Notes under the pieces: generated by a model
Database searches by the model: none
Seen by the model: the letters and a program-made list of their open reading frames with translations, nothing else
Told to the model about the DNA's origin: nothing
NCBI GenBank assembly: GCA_963663405.2
Contig: CAXXSM010000060.1
Location: forward strand, 1-41,607
Length of the DNA: 41,607 nt
Source of the DNA: a bacterium
GTDB taxonomy: Bacteria; Hinthialibacterota; Hinthialibacteria; Hinthialibacterales; Hinthialibacteraceae
Direction of reading: 5' to 3'
Shown: positions 8,996-18,278 of the stretch, piece after piece
Numbering within the stretch: the stretch's first letter is position 1
Layout: each line of letters starts with the position of its first letter
Made by a program: the position numbers and the translations under genes

Positions 8996-9203
8996 GGATT
9001 ATGATTTGCATGAGGAATACGATCTTTCACAACTGCCGATTATGCCGAAAGGACGGTACGCTGCTGAACGTCGGGCTGGAAGTAACCTAGTCGTACTCGA
9101 ACCTGATTTAGCGCGTATGTTTCCAACTGATGAATCTGTCAACCAGGCGCTCCGACTTATTTTACAAGCCGCGCGGATTCTAGAGAAATCAGGCGCCTCG
9201 TAA
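8979..9203 (+). CDS. BrnA-like antitoxin
   Basis: Overlaps brnT; EYDLS...GRYA...V.LEPDL...FP..ESVN.ALR pattern. Confidence 0.75.
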   Translation: MKNPNEDYDLHEEYDLSQLPIMPKGRYAAERRAGSNLVVLEPDLARMFPTDESVNQALRLILQAARILEKSGAS

Positions 9204-9302
9204 TTCAAAAAAAATAGTATTACCCACTTTAATATATAATAAGACACAGAAATTGATTAATATTTATGTATAAACCATCGCGATGCGAGAGAGGATAGTC
9301 TC

Positions 9303-10403
9303 ATGAACCGTTGGATCAATGTTTACACGCTGGGAGGGATTTTATTTCTTGGACTATTGTCGATATCCAATATTTATTCTCAAAATGTAACGGAAGAACA
9401 AGTAATAGCAGTCGAACAGGTGGCTTGTGAAAAAGCCTCGGTTAAGGAAATCGCCGATTGTGAGACACAGGCGGTTGAACCTGATGTAGAATCAGCGGCT
9501 TGCTGCGAAATGAGCGCCAAGGGAATCTGTTCATTGGAAAAGAAAGTTGCGATACATGAACGCAAAGCCCGTCTGTTGGAGAATCTTCAAGCGCATTGTC
9601 AAGAATTGTTAAGCGTTCAGTGTCAAATCGATATGGAAGACTTAACCAGTGAAGAGCCTTCTGAAGAATTCATGAATCTATACAAGATGACATGCTCGAT
9701 TTACCGCCAGGGGAAGACCTGCGATCAACAGGTGAATCAATTGCTCTCTCAATTATCCCATTTTTCCCCTGGACACCCTCTGCTGCAAGAGGAAATGGAT
9801 GAGGAAGAGTTGGCTCCCTCATCTCTTACTCAAGTTGATGAGGTTAACGATCCTTCTGGATCTGTATTGATGGAGATCGGCCAATCCGGCATAAACCGTT
9901 CTGATCAATCATCAACGATCGTAAAATTAGTCCAGCTGCATGCCCAACAGGCAAAGAAATCCGCTGACGAAGCGAAACAAGCTGTGGAAGAGGTGAAATC
10001 ACTTGTAACTCAAGGCAAACGCCCCTCAACTATAGCGTCTTCCTCTAAAAAAGGCTCTTCGGCGGGGGGGGTTTTAGGGAGTCTACTTCTCCGGGAATCG
10101 GGATTGAACGTTTCGGATCTTTTACAAGAGAATACGGAATCCACGACCGGCAGTGACGCTGGACGTATTGAGAGAATCCAACGATTTCTCACGGAACTGA
10201 ACGCGATTAAGAATGAATTGACCGATTTTCTTTCTAAGGAGAGCGAGCAAGAAACGAAAAGCGTTCCAACAGTGGAAGATGAGACGGTCAATCCTTCAAA
10301 GACGACCCTTTCCATATTAGAAAACCAATCACCGTCAACTGATTCTTCTGGCATTGATCCCTCCGGTTTGTTTAATCAAGTAATCGGAACGGCTCAACAA
10401 TAA
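9303..10403 (+). CDS. Secreted hypothetical protein with a Cys-rich helical N-terminal part and a Ser/Glu-rich C-terminal part
   Basis: 366-aa ORF with GAGGA RBS and a signal peptide; 9 Cys within the first ~140 aa and none after. Confidence 0.7.
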   Translation: MNRWINVYTLGGILFLGLLSISNIYSQNVTEEQVIAVEQVACEKASVKEIADCETQAVEPDVESAACCEMSAKGICSLEKKVAIHERKARLLENLQAHCQELLSVQCQIDMEDLTSEEPSEEFMNLYKMTCSIYRQGKTCDQQVNQLLSQLSHFSPGHPLLQEEMDEEELAPSSLTQVDEVNDPSGSVLMEIGQSGINRSDQSSTIVKLVQLHAQQAKKSADEAKQAVEEVKSLVTQGKRPSTIASSSKKGSSAGGVLGSLLLRESGLNVSDLLQENTESTTGSDAGRIERIQRFLTELNAIKNELTDFLSKESEQETKSVPTVEDETVNPSKTTLSILENQSPSTDSSGIDPSGLFNQVIGTAQQ

Positions 10404-10426
10404 ATTAATGGAAATTGTATTACACG

Positions 10427-10458
10427 AAGCGGCTGGGATTTACCAGCCGCTTTGTTTT
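10427..10458. terminator. Intrinsic terminator between convergent genes
   Basis: 10-bp stem AAGCGGCTGG / CCAGCCGCTT with a 6-nt loop, followed by TGTTTT. Confidence 0.8.
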
Positions 10459-11896
10459 ATGGTTCGAGAAGCGGTTTTTGGGTATCGAGTTCACCATCGA
10501 GCGCCTTGATTGGCTTGCGGACCGGCATAGGCGTAACCAATCCTGGACTCCAGATATAGGGAACCACAATAAAAACAACCTCCCGCCCAAACGTCGTTTG
10601 GTCCCGATCGGAAAAAATCGTCTCAAGAATTGGGATGTTACGTAAATAAGGTATCCCACTCCGGCTGTCCGTTTTCTGATCGAAGGTAAATCCACCAATG
10701 ATAATGCTTTGTCCATCTTCCACGGTCATCGTCGTATTCGCATGACGCGTTCTCTTTTCCGACGCGACGTTTCCCAGTGAAGGAACAAATTCTGAGTTTT
10801 CCACGTCTACATCGATTAGAATCCGGTTATCCGGAAGGATAGTGGGTGTGATATGAAGCGAAAAACCTGCTTTGACGGTTTCCAGTGAGGCGATCGCTGC
10901 GCCGTTTTGGGCGGTTTCGACAACAAGCTGCCTTTCGTTTCCGATCGCTAGATCAGCGGATTCTCCACTTAATGCGGACAGGTACGGACGGGTAACGATC
11001 CGCGCTTTTTCCGTCAGGATCAAATAATCCATCATCGCAGTGAAACTGGTTGGGCTTTTCGCGTTTTCCAAGAAGGAGAATATAGCGTTTGATTCCACAA
11101 GCGAACCGATATCCAGTGATCCGAATGTCATATTACCACTCGATAAATCATGGAACCGAACGCTGACTTCTTCCAAGTCTTCACGGCTGTATTCAATCAC
11201 GAGGATTTCGATAATGACATGGTATTTCTCGCGGTCGGCCTGCCGGATCACCTGCGCGGCTTCTTGGACAATTTGAGCAGGACCATGAATGTACAGTGTA
11301 TTGGTACCAGGAATATGCGAGAATTGAACCAGCCGGATTGTATCTTTGGAGACAGGAAATAGTTCTTTCAGAAAAGAAACCGCTTGGGAGGCGCCGAGAT
11401 ACATAAGGGGGATCTCTATGCTGATATATTTATTCGCCAAATCGGCGCCTTCTTGTGTAAAGACGACATTGTCATATATGGTAAGAGTTCCTTCGCGTAT
11501 GACGGGATAATAGAAAAATGGACTGAGAAGGTTATTCAAGGCCTGGCTCAGTTCAGTCTTTTCGAATTGCGCGCTGATCTGCCCGTGAATATGTTGATCC
11601 TTGATGGAATAGGAGAGACCGGTTTCCTCGAGAATTAATTCAAGAACGACATCGAGCCGGGCGCGGTTCAATTGAACCGAGACGAGAATTTGACCACTCT
11701 CTTCATCATGTTGGATATCGAGCTGATCGATACCCTCCAGACGCATCATTTCTTTTTTTTGTTCTATTAATTCGTTGTTTTTCGCATATTCCTGGATGAG
11801 TGGAGCGAGAGGAGTCTGCTTCTGATGCGAGCTGTAACACGACGTCATTAAAGCCACACAGAAGATTCGTAATAAAAAAATAGAGACTTTGGACAC
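10457..11896 (-). CDS. Outer-membrane secretin (GspD/PilQ-like), probable lipoprotein
   Basis: LMTSC lipobox; N0-like and N3-like domains (TNTLYIHGP); secretin core HVIIEILVIE...ARIVTRPYL..LSGESA.L.IG...LHITP...VEDGQSIIIGG...GIPYLRNIPIL..IF. GGGAG precedes the GTG start. Confidence 0.9.
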   Translation of the reverse strand: MSKVSIFLLRIFCVALMTSCYSSHQKQTPLAPLIQEYAKNNELIEQKKEMMRLEGIDQLDIQHDEESGQILVSVQLNRARLDVVLELILEETGLSYSIKDQHIHGQISAQFEKTELSQALNNLLSPFFYYPVIREGTLTIYDNVVFTQEGADLANKYISIEIPLMYLGASQAVSFLKELFPVSKDTIRLVQFSHIPGTNTLYIHGPAQIVQEAAQVIRQADREKYHVIIEILVIEYSREDLEEVSVRFHDLSSGNMTFGSLDIGSLVESNAIFSFLENAKSPTSFTAMMDYLILTEKARIVTRPYLSALSGESADLAIGNERQLVVETAQNGAAIASLETVKAGFSLHITPTILPDNRILIDVDVENSEFVPSLGNVASEKRTRHANTTMTVEDGQSIIIGGFTFDQKTDSRSGIPYLRNIPILETIFSDRDQTTFGREVVFIVVPYIWSPGLVTPMPVRKPIKALDGELDTQKPLLEP

Positions 11897-12106
11897 AGCG
11901 TCATTCTCCCTGATTCGATCACAATTAGAAATATATTACTATCCTAAGGCGTTTTTACGCTCCCAAATGTATCATAAATAGAACGCTTGTTTCAAGTGGG
12001 CATCTTCTAAAGATCACTTGACATACAAATAAGAACATGAGAAATTTTAAAGAAATCTTCAAACATCTTTTTTTCTTGTAGTAATTGGATCGGATAGGAT
12101 CCACGA

Positions 12107-12960
12107 TGACTCAGATTGCAATTATTTTGAGTTGTGTTTTTTTACCGGCGAACGTCAATTCTCACGTTTTGTCACAACTCCCTATTCATTCCTATTTATT
12201 CTCCGTCAAACCTGAATCCACAGTAATCAAGGAAACACGCGCAAACATTTTACCTGACAAACCAGCTTGGTTAGATGTTACGCTGAAAAGTGGAGAACAT
12301 ATTGAAGGATTTGTCCGCCTGGACAGTCAGCATGGATTTCTTTCGATCCTGTCGTATCAAGAAAGCCGCCTTCGGCGATTGGACTGGATTCAATCCTCAA
12401 TCATCGAATCTTGGACGCCTATTTCTCCGCACCCGCAAGCCATGAAGATTCAGTCCAAACCCTTTGTGTTTCCACTTATCGTTCATATTCGATTAAGGAA
12501 CGGTGAGATTATCCAAGGTTGGATGGATTCATTTGAAAATCAATCCTACTTTGAAATTTACCGAGAGGATAACAAAAAGAAAGAACAAATTCAGTTTGAT
12601 GAAATCGCCCATGCGGTGTTGATAGAATCTTCTCACGCTCAAAACAGTGAAAAAATATTGAATGATCATCGCACATCCCTTAATACCGATTCTGATGATT
12701 TGATCCGAAAGACTTATTACACCACGATTCCTCTAGGCGAAAAACAAACTCCATTTTTGACTCTGCCACCCCTAGGAGCAACTGTCACTGTTGAAACCTC
12801 CATTGGCCAGCGCTTTCACGGAGTGTTATGTGGATTTGAAGAAAACTGGGCGGAATTCAAGGCCGATCGGATTGGTTCATATCAATTCACCCCTCCTCAT
12901 TTGCTTCTAATTCACCGGTCCAACATTCGTTCGATCGAACGGGAAAATGCGGAACGATAA
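12107..12960 (+). CDS. Exported hypothetical protein with three small beta-barrel (Sm/LSm-like) repeats
   Basis: Repeats VTLKSGEHIEG, IRLRNGEIIQG and VETSIGQRFHG; hydrophobic N-terminus; TAATG coupling to the next gene. Start uncertain (TTG 12085 or ATG near 12106). Confidence 0.55.
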
Positions 12961-14822
12961 TGAGAATTCGTCCTACTATTCTATTTTTAGAAATCATTGT
13001 TACATCCCTTTTATTCGCACAAGAAGAGAGCGTTGCGCAACAGGTTGACGCCGTGAAATCCAGCGTTGAAACCATCGAACAAAAACAGGGGGAAGAATAT
13101 ATACAAATAATACAAAAAGCCGCCACTCGAATCATAAAACAGAAAAATCACGTTCCATTGGAAATGGCGGGTGTCTATCAAGCGTGGGAACGCTGGGGTA
13201 AAGGAACCGGTGTACGAATCGGAATCATCGATGGAGGATTCACAAATTTAGCAGCCTTAATTCAAAAAGGCGTTCTTAACGCGGACCGGCTTCGAGTTCG
13301 CACGGTTCTTCCAGAGGAAATGAGCCGGCGCTATCCATTGGGGAAAGGCATTCACGGTTCGGCGGTTACCGAAGTGATTCACGAAATCGCGCCGGGCGCG
13401 GAGTTATATCTCTATCCAACGGCGCTTATGCCATCCGCGTGGGAGAACGCGGTCCGGCAGGCGGTGGATGACCGAGTCCATATCATCAATAGTTCATTGA
13501 ACACCACTTATGGCGCGTTGAACGGCATTGGAAATCCAAACGCGTATCTCGATCCGGCGATCGACGCAGGAATTCTCTATATCAATTCCGCTGGGAACAA
13601 TGGGAATTCCTGTTACGTAAGTCAATTCATAGATACCGACCAAGACGGCTGGCATGATTTTACTCATCAACAAGAGAGTAATTTGATCTTTCTCAAACAA
13701 GGTGAATCTATTAACGCTTCTCTCACATGGGATGATTACGGTTCCGATCCAATGCATCCCACTGCGACACAAGACCTTGACTTATATTTGTTTTACTCAC
13801 CATCTGATGAAGCGGAACTGATTCTAACCGCCGTCAGCCAGAATGATCAATCCGTAGGGAGCGATAGTCCATCCGCGCCGGTGGAGCATATCGCGTTTTC
13901 CGAAGCGGGAGCGCCGTATACAGGTTTTTACGCCTTCAAGATCAAAGCGCGGCGAATCGATTTACGGCGGGAGATCAATATGCGCTTGATTGTTGAAGCG
14001 TTGGATAATGAGAATCCTCCCCCCAACATATTCCGGTCATTACAGTTTTCCTCCCGGCGCATGACGATGACGAAGCCGGCGGATCATCCAGACGTATTGG
14101 CGATCGCGGCGTGTGGAATCGATGGGAACGTACATGGTTACAGTGGAACGGGTCCGACGGAAAGCGGTGAATTGAAACCGGATCTAACAGCCTACACCGG
14201 ACTGTTGACCAGCAGTATGGAGAAGCCGTTTTTCGGCACGTCGTGCGCCGCGCCATTCGCCGCTGGATGCGCCGCTTTGTTATGGCAACAGTATCCCGGC
14301 GCCAGCGCCGTGAAAGAACAACTCCAACAGAGAGCGATCAAACCACAAAATACGGGAGCGCCGGGACACGATCCGGCTTCCGGCTGGGGGATTATTTCCC
14401 TGCTCGATCCTGAACCCCCATATCCTAACGTCGAACTGATTTCTCTCGTTCGATTCAAAGACACAATCGTCAATGAGATGCCGGGATTTTATATTATCGC
14501 CCTCTTCCAAACAGAATACGCAAAGGAAGATCAACTCTTCACCTCGCTGTATTTTATCGATGAAGATGGCAAGTATATCCAAACGCCCCGTGAAACAGGG
14601 ATGGGCGTATACACGGGTAAAGAGAGTGAACTTCGAATCACAACGTATATCACACCTCGTACAAGCCAATCCGCCGCGTTTGAATCCTGGTTATTTGTTC
14701 CGGACATGTTATGTGAATACGCTGGGAACAATGCGCAAGTTTTAGTGAAGGTAGAATTGAAAGATGGACGCGCATTGGCTGTAAAACGATTTGGACGAGT
14801 TTCCGATCTCATGCGTCAATGA
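12960..14822 (+). CDS. Secreted S8 (subtilisin-like) serine peptidase
   Basis: Signal peptide; catalytic Asp (IGIIDGG), His (HGSAV), oxyanion Asn (NSAGN), Ser (FGTSCAAP), KPDL; an inserted beta domain (LTWDD...DLDLYL) and a C-terminal extension. Confidence 0.92.
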   Translation: MRIRPTILFLEIIVTSLLFAQEESVAQQVDAVKSSVETIEQKQGEEYIQIIQKAATRIIKQKNHVPLEMAGVYQAWERWGKGTGVRIGIIDGGFTNLAALIQKGVLNADRLRVRTVLPEEMSRRYPLGKGIHGSAVTEVIHEIAPGAELYLYPTALMPSAWENAVRQAVDDRVHIINSSLNTTYGALNGIGNPNAYLDPAIDAGILYINSAGNNGNSCYVSQFIDTDQDGWHDFTHQQESNLIFLKQGESINASLTWDDYGSDPMHPTATQDLDLYLFYSPSDEAELILTAVSQNDQSVGSDSPSAPVEHIAFSEAGAPYTGFYAFKIKARRIDLRREINMRLIVEALDNENPPPNIFRSLQFSSRRMTMTKPADHPDVLAIAACGIDGNVHGYSGTGPTESGELKPDLTAYTGLLTSSMEKPFFGTSCAAPFAAGCAALLWQQYPGASAVKEQLQQRAIKPQNTGAPGHDPASGWGIISLLDPEPPYPNVELISLVRFKDTIVNEMPGFYIIALFQTEYAKEDQLFTSLYFIDEDGKYIQTPRETGMGVYTGKESELRITTYITPRTSQSAAFESWLFVPDMLCEYAGNNAQVLVKVELKDGRALAVKRFGRVSDLMRQ

Positions 14823-14882
14823 TTCGGAGTCTATTTCTGTGAGATTGATTGAATCGCGGCGCCTGCGTTAAAAGGCGAAATA

Positions 14883-15881
14883 ATGAGTGACGGGTTGAAA
14901 TCAAAAAAGATGGACAATATAAATCGGCGTAAAGCGATTAAGCGGATAGGGATGATCACGGGAGCAAGTTCTATGTCTACACTTTCGATGGGCGCGCCTT
15001 TCCACTCCAGCCGTATTAAGATCGGCCTTATCTCCAAGGGCGCGCGGGATCCGTTTGTAAAACGAATGGATGTGGGTTGTATTGAACAAGCCGAAATCAA
15101 AGGGATTGAATTGTTAGTTCGTAATACTGATGACGCCACATTCCAGAGCATCACCACACAACAGCGTTTTATTGAGGAAATGATCCAAGCCAGCGTCCAG
15201 GCGATCGTGATTGCGCCATCGAGTTCAACGCTCCTGATTCCACCACTTTTAAAGGCTAATGACAAAGGGATTCACATTGTGAATGTGGGCTCCCCTCTTG
15301 ATGAAGAAGAAAAACAGAAAACAGGATTCACCTGTGTCCGTGTCGGACCGGACAATCGGAAAGGCGGTCGGCTATCCGCTCATGACATGACCGCCGCTTT
15401 GAACGGTGTGGGGATCGTCGCCATCCTTGAAGGTGAAAAAGGACAGCTGAATTCGATATACCGCAAAGAAGGCTTCGCGGAAGTGATGAATCAGACCAGA
15501 GGAATCCGGATCGTCGAGACGGTCCACGCAAACTGGGATTCGGACATCGCCGAAAAAGAGGTAGAACGATTATTGGTTCAGTACCCAAATATAAAAGGTC
15601 TTTTCTGTGTCAATGACCGCATGGCGCTGGGAGGATTGCGCGCTTTGGAAAAAAGGAAAAAAACACACAGCGTTATTGTATCATCATACGACAACCTGCG
15701 GGCGGCTCGAGATGAAATTCGCAGAGGACGAATTCAATCGACGATTGAGCAGAATCCACATTTAATGGGAGCCAAAGGAATACAAGCCGCTTTGGATCTC
15801 ATCCAGGGAAATCCCGTTCCCAATTATACCCCGACTGCTGTGGAATTGATCGATTATCGCGCTGTGATGTTGCGAACGTAA
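14883..15881 (+). CDS. RbsB-like periplasmic sugar-binding protein with a Tat-like signal
   Basis: NRRKAIK; DPF, AIVIAP, VGPDN..GG, R..GF, ANWD, NDRMALG, TIEQNP..MG motifs. Confidence 0.88.
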   Translation: MSDGLKSKKMDNINRRKAIKRIGMITGASSMSTLSMGAPFHSSRIKIGLISKGARDPFVKRMDVGCIEQAEIKGIELLVRNTDDATFQSITTQQRFIEEMIQASVQAIVIAPSSSTLLIPPLLKANDKGIHIVNVGSPLDEEEKQKTGFTCVRVGPDNRKGGRLSAHDMTAALNGVGIVAILEGEKGQLNSIYRKEGFAEVMNQTRGIRIVETVHANWDSDIAEKEVERLLVQYPNIKGLFCVNDRMALGGLRALEKRKKTHSVIVSSYDNLRAARDEIRRGRIQSTIEQNPHLMGAKGIQAALDLIQGNPVPNYTPTAVELIDYRAVMLRT

Positions 15882-15897
15882 GTGTGGGATTTTAAAA

Positions 15898-16674
15898 TTG
15901 ATAAAGAAAACGAGATCCGCTCAACAAAGTTATGACATACTGGCTGGTGGATACAATCCGCTCCGAAAAACAGATGAGGAACCAATATACGAAATTAAAA
16001 AGTGGCTTCGTCCAGGTCTATCAGCCGCCGATATCGGTTGTGGCGGTGGGCGCTATTCACGCCTATTGATCGAACATGGGATCACAGATCATTTAATCTG
16101 CATGGATCGAAACAAGAGTATGCTGCGTGAAGCGCATACGTATATGAATGCCTATCAGCGCGGCTTCAGTTTAATTCAAGGCGTGGCGGAAACTCTTCCA
16201 TTTCAACGAAACTCGATCGGCGTTCTCTTCGGTTTTAATACGATTCATCTGTTCGATTTTGATCCCTTTATCCGATCCGCTGCAGAAGTTCTCAAACCCG
16301 AAGGTTACCTATTTCTTTATACACGCACCCCGGCACAGAATCAGCAATCAATATGGGGGCAGTATTTTCCATCATTCTCCGAAAAAGAGACCCGGCTCTA
16401 TCAAAGAGAAGAATTGATTTCCCGCCTGCGTTCTTTCCCATCTTTTGAAACGCTAGAGTTTATATCGTTTACTTATAAAAGGAATCATTCATTATCCGAA
16501 TTGTTGGATCTGGTTGACCGCCCTCATTATTCAACGTTTTTGTTTTATACACAGAGCGAGTTGGAAGAAGCGAAACGCATTTTTGAAGAACGAATACGAA
16601 ACGAATATTCTGATGTAAACTCGATTGAATGGAAAGCGGGTAATCTATTGGTTGTAATCAAGAAAAAAAAATAA
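15898..16674 (+). CDS. Class I SAM-dependent methyltransferase
   Basis: ADIGCGGGRY motif I, AETLPF, VLKPEG. Confidence 0.88.
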   Translation: MIKKTRSAQQSYDILAGGYNPLRKTDEEPIYEIKKWLRPGLSAADIGCGGGRYSRLLIEHGITDHLICMDRNKSMLREAHTYMNAYQRGFSLIQGVAETLPFQRNSIGVLFGFNTIHLFDFDPFIRSAAEVLKPEGYLFLYTRTPAQNQQSIWGQYFPSFSEKETRLYQREELISRLRSFPSFETLEFISFTYKRNHSLSELLDLVDRPHYSTFLFYTQSELEEAKRIFEERIRNEYSDVNSIEWKAGNLLVVIKKKK

Positions 16675-16846
16675 AATAATAAAAAACTGAATTATCAATC
16701 TTATTATATTTATGTTCTTCGTAAGGCTGGATCTACGTTATCATCAATGTGTAATATTGTGATGAAAATAGCGCATCGTATTTATCATTTCTTTCGCGAA
16801 ATCTACAACTGGTTTTGAAAACAAAATACAAAATGCGGGGATATTG

Positions 16847-17443
16847 ATGATGTCATTTCAAGTATTAAACCAGGATCAACAGAGAGGATTTACGTTAATT
16901 GAACTGTTAATCGTTGTCGCGATCATTGGTATATTGGCTGCGATCGCCGTGCCCAATTTTCTCAACGCCATGCTGCGAGCGAAGATCGCCAATACGCAAA
17001 GTGATCTTCGCACTATGGTCAACGCTATGTTGCAATACCATCTGGATAATAATTCCTACCATGCGCATCGAGATGGAGCGGCGCAGCAATTTCCATTGAC
17101 AACACCTGTGCCGTACTTGAATCACTTTTTAGAAGACCGCTTTCAAGATACATATACAGTGAAAGGCACAAGTTTGGATCCAGCCGCCGACGGATATTCC
17201 GCTTCTTTTTCATATTATCACTGGATTCCCTATAGTACGCATACGGATTGGTGGTACATTTCCGGCCCACGCAGTCACCCGATGGTCCGGGAAGCGCAGA
17301 AGACGCGGTATGGGGGAATCGTGGATGGATGGGGACCAGCAGGTGTACGTGGCGGTCCTCCGTATGATCCTACTAATGGACTGCTCAGCCTTGGTGGATT
17401 TTTCCGCCGGGTTCCTCCCGGTCAAGCCATTCATCTCTATTGA
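16847..17443 (+). CDS. Prepilin-type (GspG/PilA-like) N-terminal methylation domain protein
   Basis: RG/FTLIELLIVVAIIGILAAIAVPNF; LTTPVPY; C-terminal YDPTNGLLSLG. Confidence 0.92.
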   Translation: MMSFQVLNQDQQRGFTLIELLIVVAIIGILAAIAVPNFLNAMLRAKIANTQSDLRTMVNAMLQYHLDNNSYHAHRDGAAQQFPLTTPVPYLNHFLEDRFQDTYTVKGTSLDPAADGYSASFSYYHWIPYSTHTDWWYISGPRSHPMVREAQKTRYGGIVDGWGPAGVRGGPPYDPTNGLLSLGGFFRRVPPGQAIHLY

Positions 17444-17664
17444 AGCCGAAGGCCTTTTATTAACCGCTATTAATTAAATCCCCCTCATCCTTTCATCCAA
17501 TCCCTATTACTATACGGCGCCGCATTATTATTGAAACAAAAACCTGTATCTCATCCTGTACTTACAAGATCCTCTCTTCCTCACCTACACGCAGTATTTA
17601 TCCTCAAGAATAAATGTCCTCATGTAAATTCCGTATTTTTTTTCTGGTTGGTGGTAAGAAAAAA

Positions 17665-17694
17665 TGTCCCTTTTTACGTATTCAATTGTATAGA
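17665..17694 (+). promoter_or_regulatory. Possible autoregulatory ECF promoter
   Basis: TGTCCC(TTTTT) followed about 17 nt later by GTATAGA, just upstream of the RBS of ECF sigma 1. Position and layout are suggestive only. Confidence 0.3.
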
Positions 17695-17708
17695 TTAAAG
17701 GAGAGAGA

Positions 17709-18278
17709 ATGACCTCGCGGCATGAGACTCTAATAGAAAGATTGCGAAACGCGGACCGAACCGCGTTCGACGACATCGTCGCTTGGTACGCGGATGATGT
17801 CATTCGACTAGCGGTCATCCTTCTCGGTGACGAGGACGAAGCGCGGGACGCGCTTCAGGAAACTATGCTGCGGTTGGTCCGGATGGTGAAAAACAATCAA
17901 ATCCGGAGTGGAAATGGATCCATTAAAGGTTTTCTCTTGACAACGGCCCGAAACCTTTGTCTCAACCGGTTGAAGCAGAAGAAACGCTTCATCCAAACAG
18001 AGGAAACAGAATGGGAATTATTTGAGCCGATGCGGGATCACAACACACCTGGAAAGGCGGCGCGGGAATCTGATTTCCTCACTGCGTTTCAAGAAGCGCT
18101 GACTCATCTTCCACCGGTCCAGCGTGTAGCGCTAGCCATGCGGGAAATCGAGGGAGAATCATATCAATCCATTGCGCAAACACTGGATATGTCCGTTGAC
18201 AGCGTAAAAAAACAGGTTTACCGGGGACTGAAAAAACTTAGACACTTATTGAAACCATATGCGGGACAATCGCTATGA
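17709..18278 (+). CDS. ECF RNA polymerase sigma factor 1
   Basis: Region 2 DEARDALQETM...FLLTTARNLCLN; region 4 LPPVQR...EGESYQSIAQTL..SVDSVKKQVYRG. Confidence 0.95.
   Translation: MTSRHETLIERLRNADRTAFDDIVAWYADDVIRLAVILLGDEDEARDALQETMLRLVRMVKNNQIRSGNGSIKGFLLTTARNLCLNRLKQKKRFIQTEETEWELFEPMRDHNTPGKAARESDFLTAFQEALTHLPPVQRVALAMREIEGESYQSIAQTLDMSVDSVKKQVYRGLKKLRHLLKPYAGQSL

Noticed and set aside
7079-9203. Integron cassette array
   Set aside because: Small co-oriented TA genes fit the idea, but I found no recurring RYYYAAC...GTTRRRY attC structure and no integrase.
10457-11896. Secretin as filamentous phage pIV
   Set aside because: No Zot-like pI ATPase, rolling-circle Rep or small coat genes are adjacent.
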